A stretch of 64,000 nt of DNA from Heteronotia binoei (lineage: Eukaryota). The position numbers were made by a program, and so were the translations under genes. Position 1 is the first letter of the stretch. Each line of letters starts with the position of its first letter. Under the pieces are notes generated by a model, which saw only the letters and a list, made by a program, of their open reading frames with translations, ran no database searches and was not told the DNA's origin. Positions 25,813 to 39,640 of this stretch are shown piece after piece. Location of the stretch: NCBI RefSeq assembly GCF_032191835.1, contig NC_083227.1, positions 10,478,001-10,542,000 on the forward strand. The letters are read 5' to 3'.

Positions 25813-27599
25813 CTGAAAGAAAGGGATACCTGAGGTGATAATATGACACTTTTCACTTATACCCTATTCTGATTCCAGTATCACCTAAAGACTAACAAGA
25901 CTTTCCAGGGAGAAGTTTTTGGAGTTAATTCTCCCTTTGTTGTATTTCATTCAGTCTTTCTATCCTAGTCAGGGGGTGTTGCAGATATGGAACTCAGAGG
26001 CAGAGGTATCATACACATGGAAATTAGCTTGATTAGAACAAGAGAGAAATGCTTAGGGGAAGAACAGAAATGCTTAGGAGCAGAAAATTAGCACCTGTGA
26101 GATAAGAATACTATGTTCAGCCCCGGAAGGTCCATTGTTCTGAATGAACTTAAGAACATAAGAGAAGGCATGTTAGATCAAGCCAACGGCCCATGCAGTC
26201 CAACACTGCGTCATGCAGTACCCCCCAAAAAGCCCCCCAACCAGCTGCAATCAGGTCCACCAGCAAGCCCAGAAACCCCACCACCACTGCCCCAAAAGCA
26301 CCAAGAATACAGAGCATCATTTGTCCCAGACAGACAGTTCCATCTATACCTTGTGCCTAATAGCCACTCACAGACCTCCTGTCTGCTCTATACGTTTATC
26401 CAATCCTTTCTTGAAGTTGTCATAAGAACATAAGAGCCCTGCTGGATCAGACCATCTAGTCATACTATAAGAGAAGCCATGTTGGATCAGGTCAGTGTCC
26501 CATCCTGTCCAACACTCTGTGTCACACAGTGGCCAAAACCCAGGTCCCATCAGGACGTCCACCAGCAGGCAGGGCCAGCCCTAGACTGTCTGGCACCCTA
26601 GATAAGGCTAATTTCTGCCCCTTCCCCACTGATAACATCACTTAAGTCACATGGGGGAACCCAATTCGGTGCCCCCAGAACTCCAGAAGCTCTCCCACAG
26701 TTGCCCCTCAAGCACCAAGAATACACAGCATCACCACCCCCAGAGTGCTCCATCTAGACTTTGTGACCGGTAGCCACTGATGGACCTCTACTCCATATGT
26801 TTATCCAATCCCCTCTTGAAGCTGTCTATGCTTTTAACAGCCACCGCTTGTAGTTTCAAATCGTCTCCAGGCTTTCTGAAGGGGTTTGACCCTCCTTGCC
26901 TGTCCTTTCCGTTTCTTCTTCATTAGCCCTCTCAAGTCGAGAGAAGTTACCCCTTCGAAAATTAAAAGTGGTTGTGCTGGTCTTTTTGGGCAACTCCCCA
27001 GCATTTACATAAATGTTAACCTTAATAACATTTCTGGTCACTGGTCCCAACTGGTATTATCACATTTACAGCTAATGGCCCTGAAACAGGGGGAGGGCGC
27101 CTCCAAACCAAGGGATCCCGCCCCTCTCAGGACTTCCTTGCCTGAAGCGCCCCTTTCTTGCATTGGGTTGCTTTTGAAGAAGAAAAAGAAGAAGATATTG
27201 GATTTATATCCCGCCCTCCACTCTGAAGAGTCTCAGAGCGGCTCACAATCTCCTTTACCTTCCTCCCCCACAACGGACACCCCGTGAGGTGGGTGGGGCT
27301 GGAGAGGGCTCCCACAGCAGCTGCCCTTTCAAGGACAACCTCTGCCAGAGCTATAGCTGACCCAAGGCCATCTCAGCAGGTGCAAGTGGAGGAGTGGGGA
27401 ATCAAACCCGGTTCTCCCAGATAAGAGTCCGCACACTTAACCACTACACCAAACTGGCTCTCCTGGGGGCGGTGGCGGCATATGCTAATGGGCTATGCTA
27501 TTGAGCTCCCCCACCTATTTTTCTACAAAACAACCCCTGGCATACTGTATGCACCAGACTCCTTCACAATCACATGCAACTTCACTCCATGCTCAGTTG

Positions 27600-27960
27600 C
27601 CCTTCTATCACGAGGCAGGGCCTTCTGAGTGGCAGCACCAGCAACGTGGAACACCCTCCCAGAGGCCATAAGGACCCTGCAGGATCTCTCCCAGTTTCGC
27701 AGGGCCTGTGAAACTGAACTATTTTGACAGGCCTTTAATACTTAAATGAGAGAGGACTGCTCCCCTACACCGCTGAACTACGACTACTCTAGGAGCACTG
27801 TCAGAAGAAAGAAAGTTACGATCCCGCCTATATTGAAGTTTTGAGCAGCACCATGAAAATGTATTTCAATCGTTATTTTAGCGTTTTCAGTTATAATCTT
27901 AAATGGTTTTAAATTTTCCGTTAGCCGCCCTGAGTCCGCTTGCGGATAGAAAATTAAAGT
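27600..27960 (+). mobile_element. Old L2 3' fragment
   Basis: RAFxVAAPATWNTLPEAIRTLQDL-like frame and gccgccctgag tail. Confidence 0.65.
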
Positions 27961-28378
27961 AATAAAAAAATAAAATAAAAAAGCAGCAATTCCTACAGCA
28001 GACCCCTCTGATTAAGACCAGCAGCAAGAGAGAATTACAAGAGAGGATCATTGCTAGCAAGGAATGCAGCAGGACAATATTTTTGTTTGTTTGGAAGACA
28101 GCATCGTGGGACTATTTACGGTTACTGTTATAATTTCTTGTCGGGAAGGGCATCGTAAGCCCAGGTGGCGATAAGAGCTGTATGTTTTTGTGACACTGGA
28201 GGTTAGTTTATAAAAGTCGGCATAAGAATTCTAGGTATAATGTTTGGCTTTTTCTTTAAATAGATGCAGCTGCATTGTGCGTGTTTGCTTTAACTGATAC
28301 CGTGTTGCATCCAGCGGTCGTTTATTACAAAAAAAGAAGGCGAAGCACAGTCCCAAGAGAAGTATCTTTAGTCCCTAC

Positions 28379-28465
28379 CTGCCAATCTGTCCTCTTGATT
28401 GCAGTCCAGGAAAAACGGGTCTTCTTCCAACTGGGATATGAGGTCAGGTTTAGCAATCAGAGGTC
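28379..28465 (-). CDS. Gene B KRAB-B exon (87 bp)
   Basis: aaacag|...GCAG|gtaggg; encodes (G)PLIAKPDLISQLEEDPFFLDCNQEDRLA. Confidence 0.88.
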
Positions 28466-30705
28466 CTGTTTATCACGAAAACATACACATAAATTAGATA
28501 TCTTCTGTGTACCCAAATATTCAACAATTCCGTCCCTCTAGAAGAGGGGTGGCCAAACTTGCTTAATATAAGAGCCACATAGAAGAAACATCAGATGTTT
28601 CAGAGCTGCAAGACATGAACATAGGGAAGGAGGGATAATAGATGGGGGAGGGAAGGAGAGGTAGAAAGAAAGCAACTTTAACTTCGGTTTGCCACTGCCT
28701 TCCCCAGTCATCTATACTCCCCACCCCCAGCAAGCTGGGTACTCATTTTACCAATCTCAGAAGGATGGAAGGCTGAGTCAACCTTGAGCCGGCAACCTGA
28801 ACCCAGCTTCTGCCGGGATCGAACTCAGGTCGTGAGCGGAGAGGCTGGAGTGCAGTACTGCACCTTTACCACTCTGCGCCACGGGGCTCTGGCCTTACAT
28901 ATTTAATTTCCCATTAAAATCAACTTTCTCATTTGCAAGATTCAACTATAGTTTCCTTTGCCCATACTGGTTTGGGACAATGTGAACTAGGATATGAAAT
29001 CCACTCAAAAGCAACCATTTAGTACTTGCTTACAGATCTCTCCAGAGTCTGAAGATGAGTTTTCCTTTTATAATTAACTCTGGAAATAGACCAGCTTGCT
29101 CACTTAAATGTGTTAAGATGTTTAGCCAAAGGGCATCCTTTTAAGTCTTCAGTAAAATGTGCCCTTTGTTCCCACAAAAACTAACAATTTCTTGTGCCTG
29201 GAAACAATTTCTTGTGCCTGGAATCTGAAATGATCCTAGCTAGTCACAATCAACGTTCCCTCTGACCTCAGAGCCTTGTGAGCAAAATTCTACTTTGTGA
29301 TCCACTGGTATTAAAGTTGTGAGTTACTGGCATTAAAAAGTTGTGAGCTGCTGCGTAAACGATTGTGCTCTGGGGTTATCCTTCCTGAACTAAGTCACAA
29401 ATGTGTGAACTGGAGGCTAAAAATCTGTGAGCTCACTCACGCTAACGCAGCTTAGAGGGAACACTGGTTGTGATCCTTTGCTTTTAAAAGGAGCTTTCTT
29501 GCAAAGGGTCATTCTGCATTTTAAAGGATCTGGGCAAGTATTTCCTCTGAATCTGATCAAACTGCTTCTTACCTTTGGGGTTTTAGGCATCTCTTCTCTG
29601 GGAATGAAGGCAAGGTACGGATGGAGAAGCTTTAAGCCAACCTTTTCCCCCCTGGCATTAGAGGGATGATGGCATAACACTGGCAGTTCTGTGCCTCTTC
29701 TCTGCCAAGCCGAGATGGAAATGCCAGCAGAGGACAAAGACGCCAGAGTTCCTCCTTCCACGGCCACTTCTCAGCCCAGGTTGGAGGGAAGGCCCTGCAC
29801 AGACGACCCCACCATCTGCACACCAGGCCTCCCCCCTGCTGGCACCTCTTCCGATGCCCTCTCACTTGGCTCAGGCTCAGAAGTGCCAGGCGGGGGCTCC
29901 CTCTCTGCAAGGAGAGCCCAGAACTCCTCCCCACATCAGAGGAAATAGAGGGATACGGAAGGTAGAGAAAGAAGAATTTTTCTCGCTTTCAACACAATAC
30001 CAAGAACTCGTGGGCATTCAATGAAATTGCTGAGCAGTCGGGTTAGATCGGATAAAAGGAAGTCCTTCTTCACACAAAGAGTGATTAACACGTGGAATTC
30101 ACTGCCACAGGAGGTGGTGGCGGCTGCAAGCATAGACAGCTTCAAGAGGGGATTGGATAAGCATATGGAGCAGAGGTCCCTCAGTGGTTATTAGCCACAG
30201 TGTATAGATGGAACTGTTTGGGGCAGTGATGCTCTGTATTCTTGGTGCTTTGGGGGGCACAGTGGGAAGGCTTCTAGTGTCCTGGCCTCCCTGGTGGACC
30301 TCCTGATACTACCTGGTTTATTTTGCCACTGTGTGACACAGTGTTGGGCTGGCTGGGCCACTGGCCTGATCCAACATGACTTCTCTTATGTGACACAGAG
30401 TGTTGGACTGGATGGGCCATTGGCCTGATCCAACGTGACTTCTCTTATGTTCTTATGTGACAGCGTGTTGGACTGGATGGGCCATTGGCCTGACCCAACA
30501 TGGCTTCTCTTATGTGACACAGAGTGTTGGACTGGATGGGCCATTGGCCTGATCCAACAGGGCTTCTCTTATGTTCTTATGAAAAATCATGGAGGGAGGC
30601 AGAGACCAACATTCAGACCAGGGCAGACAGCCTGACGACGTCCTTTCTCCTGAAAGGCTGCCTTATAGTCATTCCTCACTGCAGGAAGGAGCAAAAGATC
30701 CTTAC

Positions 30706-30832
30706 CCAGAGAGGCCACGTTCCCATAATTCTCCAGCATGACTTCCTTGTACAGAGCTCTTTGCATTGGACTCAGCAGGCTCCACTCCCCCGGGGTGAAA
30801 TCCACGGCCACCTCTTCGAAGGACACTCCAGC
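30706..30832 (-). CDS. Gene B KRAB-A exon (127 bp)
   Basis: ccttgcag|...CTGG|gtaagg; encodes [42 protein letters not shown]. Confidence 0.95.
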
Positions 30833-31885
30833 CTGCAAGGAGAAGGAAGTGTTTCTTTACACCTGGAAAGCCGGTCCATTGGGGGCAGCCAGAAACAGTG
30901 AGGCAATTCATAGGGAAAGAACGGCACAAAGAGGTAGGGAGAAGAGCCCCGTGGGGACGTCTCCCCGTTCAGCCCTCCTTGGGGGGCTCTTGGAACTTAG
31001 GGGGGCTGTCCTCACCCCCAGTGGGGTAGCAGCCTTGTGGGGAAGAGGCCAGAGATGTCGGGATGATAAAAGGACTAAACTGTTTGCCGCGAGAAATTCA
31101 GTATTGTTATGGGCACATTTGGAGTCGGGACAAATCAACAGTTACGTCTTTATTTTCTGACTTCTCTACAAAAACCACCCTAGAGAGAGGGGTGACCGTT
31201 TTTCAGTCTCCCCAGTGGGGAACGCTAGACTCAATGGATAGAGGCCTGGTCCCCTGGGCATTACAAGAGAGGAGACGTTCTAACTGTCTGCCGCACATCT
31301 CCCCAGTGATTCTGGAGAGAAGGTGACTGAGAGGCGATATGATCACCATCTTCAAGGACTTGAGGGGGTGTTCTATAGAGCAGGGGTGGCCAATGGTAGC
31401 TCTCCAAATGTTTTTTTGCCTACAACTCCCATCAGCCCTAGCCAGCATGGCCAATGGCTGGGGCTGATGGGAGTTGTAGGCAAAAAAAGCATCTGGAGAG
31501 CTACCGCTGGCCACTCCTGTTATAGAGGACGGTGTGGAATTGTTTTCTGTGGCCTCAGAAGGGAGGACCGGAACCAAGGGGTTGAAATTAAATCAAAAGA
31601 GTTTCCGGCTCAACATTAGGAAGAACTCCCTGACCGTTGGAGCGGTCCCTCAGTGGAACAGGCCTCCTTGGGAGGTGGTGGGCTCTCCTTCCTTGGAGGT
31701 TTTTAAAAAGAGGTTAGGTGTCCATTTGGCACAATGAGAATCCTGTGAATTTAGGGGATGGTATTCTTGAGTTTCCAGCATTGGGCAGGGGGTTGGACTA
31801 GATGACCCTGGAGTTCCCTTCCACCTCTTACGGTTCTATGATTCTTCTATTCTATGATTTCCCCTCCACACACACACACACATAC

Positions 31886-31900
31886 CTGAGCGGGCTGCAT
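31886..31900 (-). CDS. Gene B start exon, coding part (MQPAQ)
   Basis: GAC-ATG CAG CCC GCT CAG|gtatgt; acceptor catgcag at 31962. Confidence 0.75.
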
Positions 31901-34900
31901 GTCGGCTCTCTTCCCTTCAGCAGACAGGGGAGACGGTGGAGGAGGCATCCAGGGGGTCCTTCTGCATGGGAGGGAGAGAAAGAAAGAGGGGGGAAATCCT
32001 ATTAATCTATCCTCCTCCTCCCCGGAAATGTTTCCTTCCAACCCCCTCCTGGGAGAGGAGTCCCTTTCCCTTCTTGAAGCCGCACCCCTCCCTCCTCCCC
32101 TCTGAGAGGGCCAAGACCTTCCCACTGTCCCCCCCAGGAGAACGTGTGGGGAATAAGGTGAGAGAGCCCTTAGGGCAGGGGTGCCCAACCCCCCAGCAGT
32201 GTTCTGGTACCGGTCCATGTTCTGTTAGCAACTGGACCGTGAGTTGTATAATTGTTACATTATATATTACAATGTAATAAGAAGACGACATAGTCCTGCC
32301 CTCCACTTCAAATTTTAAGAGTCTCAGAGCGACTCACAATCTCCATTACCTTCCTCTCCCACAACAGGCACCCTTTGAGGTGGGGAGGGCTGAGAGGGCT
32401 CTCACAGCAGCTGCGCTTTTAAGGACAACCTCTGCGAGAGCTATGGCTGACCCAAGCCTATTTCAGCAGCTGCAAGTGGAGGAGTGGGGAATCAAACTGC
32501 GTTCTCCCAGATAAGAGTCCGCACACTTAACCACCACACCAAATGAACGCGAAATAAAGTGCATAATTGTATCATCCCGAAAACATGCCCCCACCCCGGT
32601 CTGTGGAAAAATTGTCTTTCACAAAACCGGTCCCTGGTGCCAAAAGACCACTGCCTTAGAGGATGGGAGGGAGTGCCTGACTGGGAGAAGCCAGCTCAAA
32701 ATTCATTTCTCCCTGCACACAGAACACTAGCCCCACAAGGAAAAAAGTTCACCTGTGAAGCTTTTTTCTTGTGGGGAGATTTCCGTGGAGGGAAGCCTCA
32801 AGGGAAGATGTCTTAAATCCAGGTGTGGACAAATCAGGAGAAAAGAGCATCTACTTTAAAACTTTTCTTGAATGATTATTGTCATAATAAAGCCTTGCTC
32901 CCGTCATACTTTTAAAATTACTTTCTCCTGTGTGGCCACAGTGGCATGATGAAGACTTCCATCTGTCTGCTTGATACGTTTGGGTTATTTCCCCGTTTTT
33001 TATGGGGAAAATATGAGAAAGTTTGTCAGATCTTAAGAGTTCAGAAAAATTCTTGCAGGGGGGTTGATTTAATGGTTCTAACTGTTTTAACTTTTAGCTG
33101 TTTTATTGTTGGTTTTTAACTGCCCTATTGTGCTGTAATCCACCCTGAGCCCAATATTGGAAAGGGCAGACCATAAATTTGCAAAAAATAGATTAAAAAA
33201 ATAAACTGAACAATGGAGCCCAGACGCAAGCTGGGTTTGTGTGTGTGTGTGGGGGGGGAAGAGTTAAGAAAAAAAGAACACAATAAAATTTAGAGGTTCT
33301 GAAGCTCTACTCCTGTGAGCTCCTGCCCAAAAGGAGACCTGTGTAACCAGATTATAGATGCACTAGTCATTTGGCAAATTAGAGAGAGAGAGAGAGAGGA
33401 AGGGAAACTAGCAGCCATTGGGGCAGGCCTGGGGAATCTGAAATGGCCGCCCTCCCGCCTGGCTTGCGAAATTCAGCTCCACCCCAAAGCACCGGGCAAG
33501 ATGGCAGAAAAGCCACGTGGAAACTCCCACAGGGGCCCCCAAATCCTGCAGGGTGCTGTGCAGAAGCAGGCAAATGCACCCCCCCCACACACACACAAAG
33601 CATCAAACCTGGAGCAAATCCCCGGTGGGGAAAAGAGCTGGCCCTCCAACTTCCATTCCCCCAGGACAGAAGGGGCACAGTCTTTGGATGCTTTAGATCT
33701 CCTCCAAAAATCCCCCCTTCTGCACTCTTCAGGTTCCTCGTGTGGGTCTTCTGAGGGTCCAGTGACAACGTCCTTCTGCGCTCCTGAGCCTTTTCTTCAG
33801 CCCCTCCGTCCCTGTCCTCCCCCCCAAATCCGCTTCTTGGCCCCCCCACCCCACCCGTGCCCCCCTTCTCCCCCACCCCAAGTCTCACTCTCCGCCCCCC
33901 CCAAACTCCTTCCTAAATGTGCCTCTGGCAGCCACTTCGACTCCCTCCAGTCTCCCAAGGTGCCGGATTCGGATCCTGCGCTCCTGTCCGCTGATGGAAC
34001 CACGTGGCTCTGTGCAAAGGGGACCAGCGTGGGGCAGGAGGGAGGGTGCCAAAGGAGGCAAGGAAGACCCGGGAGCGGGGCCGGGTGCTCTCTTTCAACC
34101 CCCCTTCTTCACCCCCCCCCCTGCTTTAAATCTTGCATTGCAGCCCCCAACCCACATTTTCCTACCTCCAAAGGCAGCTCACCGGGTTCCCTTCCAGCCA
34201 GTCAAGCGGAAGCCAGACTCCAGGGCGCTTTCTTGCAAGGGGGCGGGGAAGGAAATAGTGCCCCCCCCTTCCCCGCAGCCCCGCCCTAAGTGCCTCTCTA
34301 GGACTGCCCCCATCTCTCTTTCTCTTTGACCCTTCCAGACAGTCCTCATTTGGGGAAAAGGAAAGTTGGTGGAATTCACGAGCAGTGTTCCCTCTAAGCC
34401 AGGGGTGGCCAAACTTGCTAAATGTAAGAGCCACATAGAATACACATCAGATGTTTGAGAGCCGAAAGACATGAACGTCAGATGTTTGAGAGCTGCGAGG
34501 AAGGCAGGCAGGCAAATAGATGTACCTGTGGTTGTACCTGTGGTATGGAGGGAGAGGTGGTAAGAAAGCAACTTAATAGCTCAGGAAAAATGGCCCCAGA
34601 GTGCACTAATTGATGCAGGAGCTCACCACTTGAAGGCCAGGAGCTCACAAAGTAGAATTTTTGCTCACAACACTCTGCAACTTAGAGAGAACATTCCTCA
34701 TGAGTCACATCTAAGGTGGCATTGAGTTCCCCCATTTCCCTACTCAGGGATTGAGACCAATGCTCCCTCTAAGACAGGGGTGGCCAAACTTGCTTAACGT
34801 AGGTTTGCCAAGTACAATTCAAGAAATATCTGGGGACTTTGGGGGTGGAGCCAGGAGACACTGGGGGTGGAGCCAGAAGCAAGGTTGTGACAAGCATAAT

Positions 34901-35156
34901 TGAACTCCACATTGAAAGGGACACCATGCCTTTTAAATTCCTACCCTCCATTAGAAATATTGAAGGATAGGGGCACCTTCTTTTGGGACTCGTAGAATTG
35001 GACCCCCCCCCCCCGGTCCAATCTTTTTGAACCTTGGAGGGTATTTTGAAGAGAGGGGTTGGATGCTATGCTGCAGATTTGGTGCATCTACCTCAAAAAA
35101 AAGCCCCCCCCCCCAAACCCCAGATATCCACAGATCAATTCTCCATTATACCCTAT

Positions 35157-35594
35157 TGTCAAGTCTCTGTAAAACCTTGGTCAAGTCTGTACTGTACTTT
35201 GGTTCAAGCAAAGAGCCTTCTGGGTAAAGCCTTTCTGTATACCAATGCTGCTAGCTAAACCTCTCCTTAACCCCCCTCCTTTTCCTTTGTTATGTAGCCT
35301 TGCTTTGAAATGGGAATATGGGAAGCTATAATCTGTGCCTTCTCAGGCTGGGCATTGGGGGAGGTTGGAGCCAGAAGACGCTCAAGGCCAAAGTCGGCCT
35401 GAGAAAGAAATTGTAACACCAATGTGTGAATGTGCTCTGCATAGTACCCCTCCTTAAGAATCCCTTTGAAGTGTACCTTATATGATGGCATTGTACTGAA
35501 TGATCTTTAGTCTTTCAATTTGAATCTACCCAAGGGCATCCTTATCAATAAACTAGCAACTTTGTTTCAACAACTTGAATTTGGAGACTTGACA
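35157..35594 (+). mobile_element. Solo LTR inserted in a hAT MITE
   Basis: TGTCAA...TTGACA ends, 5-bp TSD CCTAT, AATAAA near the 3' end. Confidence 0.85.
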
Positions 35595-37230
35595 CCTATG
35601 GGAATTGGTCTGCATAGGGAATAATGGAGTGCCCAGCAGACATTTCCCTCCCCCCACACACACACACTTTCTGATGACCCTGAAGCAGGGGGAGGGCCTC
35701 CAAACTGGGGGATCCCCTGCCGCCACCCCCACCTGGGGATTGGCAACCCTAGCTTAATGTAAGAGCTGCACAGAATAAATGTCAGATGTTTGAGAGCCAC
35801 AAGACATGAATGTCAGATGTTCGAGCACTGCAAATATGAACATCAGATGTTTGTTTGAGAGCCGCAAGACTGGAGCAAATAGATGGGGGGAGGGAAAGAA
35901 GTGGAAAGAAAGCAACTTTAATTTTACATGAATTCTCCAAGACAATGGGCTGGGTTGGCTTGGAGAAGTGATTTAAAGAGACAAACGCCTTCTCCAAGCC
36001 AGCCAATGGGGCCGTGGGGGTTTCGAGAGGCACACAATATGTGTGAAAGAGCCACATGGAGCTGTGGAGTCTTGTGAGCAAAAATTATATTTTGTGAGCA
36101 ACTGGCATTAAAGCATTGACCTACAGCATGGGTGGCCAACGGTAGCTCTCCAGACTTTTTTTGCCTACAACTCCCATCAGCCCCAGCCACTATGGCCAAT
36201 GGCTGGGGCTGGTGGGAGTTATAGGCAAAAAACATTGGGAGAGCTACCATTGGCTACCCCTGAGCTACAGCATAAGTTACGTAGTTTGCTCTGGGGCCAT
36301 TTTTCCTGAGCTGAGACAAAGACGCGAGAGCCAGAGGCTAAAAAACTGTGAGCTAGCTCATGCCAACTCAGTGTAGAGGGAACACTGATTGAGACCCCCC
36401 CGTCCTCAAAGGCGCCGGCACACCACGCTGGTGAGAAATGCCACAAAAAGTCCCCCAAACAACTTCTGCTTAGAGAGCATTTCAGCCCTTCAGGTGGGGG
36501 GGGGGGGCAAACAGATGAAATAAGCGATGATATCATTCTGCAAAGGGTCGAGTCTATTTTAAAGGGATGGATATTTTTTAAAACCTCTCGTGTGGGGCTT
36601 GCCTCTGCCAGCCTCCAAGTGGGATGTGGGGATCCTCTGGAATGGCCGCTCATCTTCAGACTCTAGGGATCAGTTCCCCAGGAGAAGGAGACCAAAAGCT
36701 ACAGGCCATGGAGGGAGTGAGTTTCTCTGCCAGCTCTTCCTCCAAGGAACTGAGGGTGGTGTGTTGATATTTCTATGTATATCCCAACCTCTTCTAGGGT
36801 TGCCAAGTCCAATTCAAGAAATTAATAACTTTATTAATTACACGTTTTATACGAAAATTTCCCAAGAACTTATAGGCCAGTTTTTTTAGATGTCTGTGGT
36901 AAGGGTAAGTTCTTGGTAGGTAGGAATACTGTATCTCCTACTTTAAAATCCCAAGATGGAGCGTGATGTTTGTCATACGGTGGCTCAGTGGTAGAGCATC
37001 TGCTTGGGAAGCAGAAGGTCCCAGGTTCAATCCCCGGCATCTCCAAAAAAGGGTCCCAGCAAATAGGTGTGAAAAACCTCAGCTTGAGACCCTGGAGAGC
37101 CGCTGCCAGTCTGAGAAGACAATACTGACTTTGATGGACGCAGGGTCTGTTTCAGTATAAGGCAGCTTCATATGTTCATAATGTTTTTGATACATCTCTT
37201 TAGCCAATTCTAGGTTCTCTTGGATGTTTC

Positions 37231-37678
37231 TGTCAGACAATGGGTTTGCAAATCAACCAGACCTTGAATTGTTGCAAAGTTAGGCTTTATTCGATAATCC
37301 ATAAGTATCTGAGCGAAGGAAAATTGGAACTGATACACTGTGACATTAGGAGGCTGGCTATATTAGAATACATCAAAAGGAACTACACAAAACCACTATT
37401 CTAAACATTGTAGAGTGGAGGTGTAAAGATTTACACAGTCTTGCTCTCTTATTTTATTATCACCGCTAGTCTTCCGGGGACATCCAAGGAATTATCTTCA
37501 AAGAGGGGAATTTCTTCCTTTGTTAGTATCAAGGGAAAGAAAGGTTCACATTAAACATTGGTAACATCTACATTCTCTACTTTGATATGCAAGGTCTTTT
37601 CTCATGGTTAGTAACAGGGTTCAAAGATGGCTTCAGTTCAGCTAAGCATTTTATTCAGTAAGGTTACATCAGCTGACA
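37231..37678 (-). mobile_element. Solo LTR
   Basis: TGTCAG...CTGACA ends, TSD GTTTC on both sides, AATAAA on the minus strand near the element 3' end. Confidence 0.87.
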
Positions 37679-38263
37679 GTTTCCCCAGGCTTTCCCCAAC
37701 TTCCCCCACCACTGTTCAAAAGTAGATGGTCTGTCTGTGCCCCTATCCTTCAATATTACTAATGGAGGGAAGGCATTTAAAAGGCATGGTGTCCCTTTCA
37801 GTGTGATGGCCAGAACTCCCTTTGGAGTTAAATTATGCTTGTCACAACCTTGCTTCTGGCTCCACCCCCAAAGTCCCCAGATATTTCTTGAATTGGACAT
37901 GGCAACCCTACGTTAAGCAAGTTTGGCCACCCGTGTCTAAGAGGGAGCATTGGTCTCAATCCCTGAGTAGGGAAATGGGGGGAAATCGATGCCACATTAG
38001 ATGTGACTCATGAGCAATGTTCCCTCTAAGCTGCAGAGTGTTGTGAGCACAAATTCTACTTTGTGAGCTCCTGGCCTTCAAGTGGTGAGCTTCTGCATCA
38101 ATTAGTGCGCTCTGGGGCCATTTTTCCTAAGCTAATTCAAAAATGTGTGAGCTGGAGGCTAAAAATCTGTGAGCTACTTCATGCCAACTCAGCTTAAGAA
38201 GATAAGAACATAAGAGAAGCCATGTTGGATCAGGCCAATGGCCCATCCAGTGCAACACTCTGT

Positions 38264-38477
38264 NNNNNNNNNNNNNNNNNNNNNNNNNNNNNNNNNNNNN
38301 NNNNNNNNNNNNNNNNNNNNNNNNNNNNNNNNNNNNNNNNNNNNNNNNNNNNNNNNNNNNNNNNNNNNNNNNNNNNNNNNNNNNNNNNNNNNNNNNNNNN
38401 NNNNNNNNNNNNNNNNNNNNNNNNNNNNNNNNNNNNNNNNNNNNNNNNNNNNNNNNNNNNNNNNNNNNNNNNNNNNN
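38264..38477. other. Assembly gap (214 N)
   Basis: N run inside CR1 tail repeats. Confidence 1.
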
Positions 38478-38479
38478 TG

Positions 38480-39640
38480 ATGGACCTCTGCTCCATATAA
38501 GAACATAAGAACATAAGAGAAGCCATGTTGGATCAGGCCAACGGCCCATCAAGTCCAACACTCTGTGTCACACAGTGGCAAAAAATTTTATATACACACA
38601 TACACTGTGGCTAATAGCCACTGATGGACCTGTGCTCCATATTTTTATCTAAACCCTTCTTGAAGGTGGCTATACTTGTGGCCGCCACCACCTCCTGTGG
38701 CAGTGAATTCCACATGTTAATCACCCTTTGGGTAAAGAAGTACTTCCTTTTATCCGTTTTAACCTGTCTGCTCAGCAATTTCATCGAATGCCCACGAGTT
38801 CTTGTTTTATCTAACCCCCTCTTGAAGCTGTCTATGCTTGTAGCCGCCACCACCTCCTGTGGCAGTGAATTCCACATGTTAATCACCCTTTGGGTGAAGA
38901 AGTACTTCCTTTTATCCGTTCTAACCTGACTGCTCAGCAATTTCATCGAATGCCCACGAGTTCTTGTATTGTGAGAAAGGGAGAAAAGTACTTCTTTCTC
39001 TACTTTCTCCATCCCATGCATTATCTTGCCAACCTCTATCATGTCACCCCACAGTCGACGTTTCTCCAAGCTAAAGAGCCCCAAGCGTTTTAACCTGTCT
39101 TCATAGGGAAAGTGTTCCAACCCTTTAATCATTCTAGTTGCCCTTTTCTGGACTTTTCCCAGTGCTATAATATCCTTTTTGAGGTGCGGTGACCAGAATT
39201 GCACACAGTATACCAAATGAGACCTCACCATTGATTTATACAGGGGCATTATGATACTGGCTGATTTGTTTTCAATTCCCTTCCTAATAATTCCCAGCAT
39301 GGCGTTGGCCTTTTTTATAGCAATCGCACAGTCTTGACATTTTCAGTGAGTTATCTTCCACGACCCCAAGATCTCTCTCTTGGTCAGTCTCTGCCAGTTC
39401 ACACCCCATCAACTTGTATTTGTAGCTGGGATTCTTGGGCCCAATGTGCATTACTTTGCACTTGGCCACATTGAACCTCATCTGCCACGTTGATGCCCAC
39501 TCACCCAGCCTCAACAGATCCCTTTGGAGTGCCTCACAATCCTCTCTGGTTCTCACCACCCTGAACAATTTAGTGTCATCTGCAAACTTGGCCACTTCAC
39601 TGCTCATTCCCAACTCTAAATCATTTATGAACAAGTTAAA
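38480..39640 (-). mobile_element. CR1 3' fragment (chimeric 3' end)
   Basis: LFNLFINDLELG...FADDTKL RT motif; duplicated C-terminal segment; CATAAGAA tail. Confidence 0.9.

Noticed and set aside
38127-38561. ORFs spanning X residues
   Set aside because: Artefacts of the N gap.
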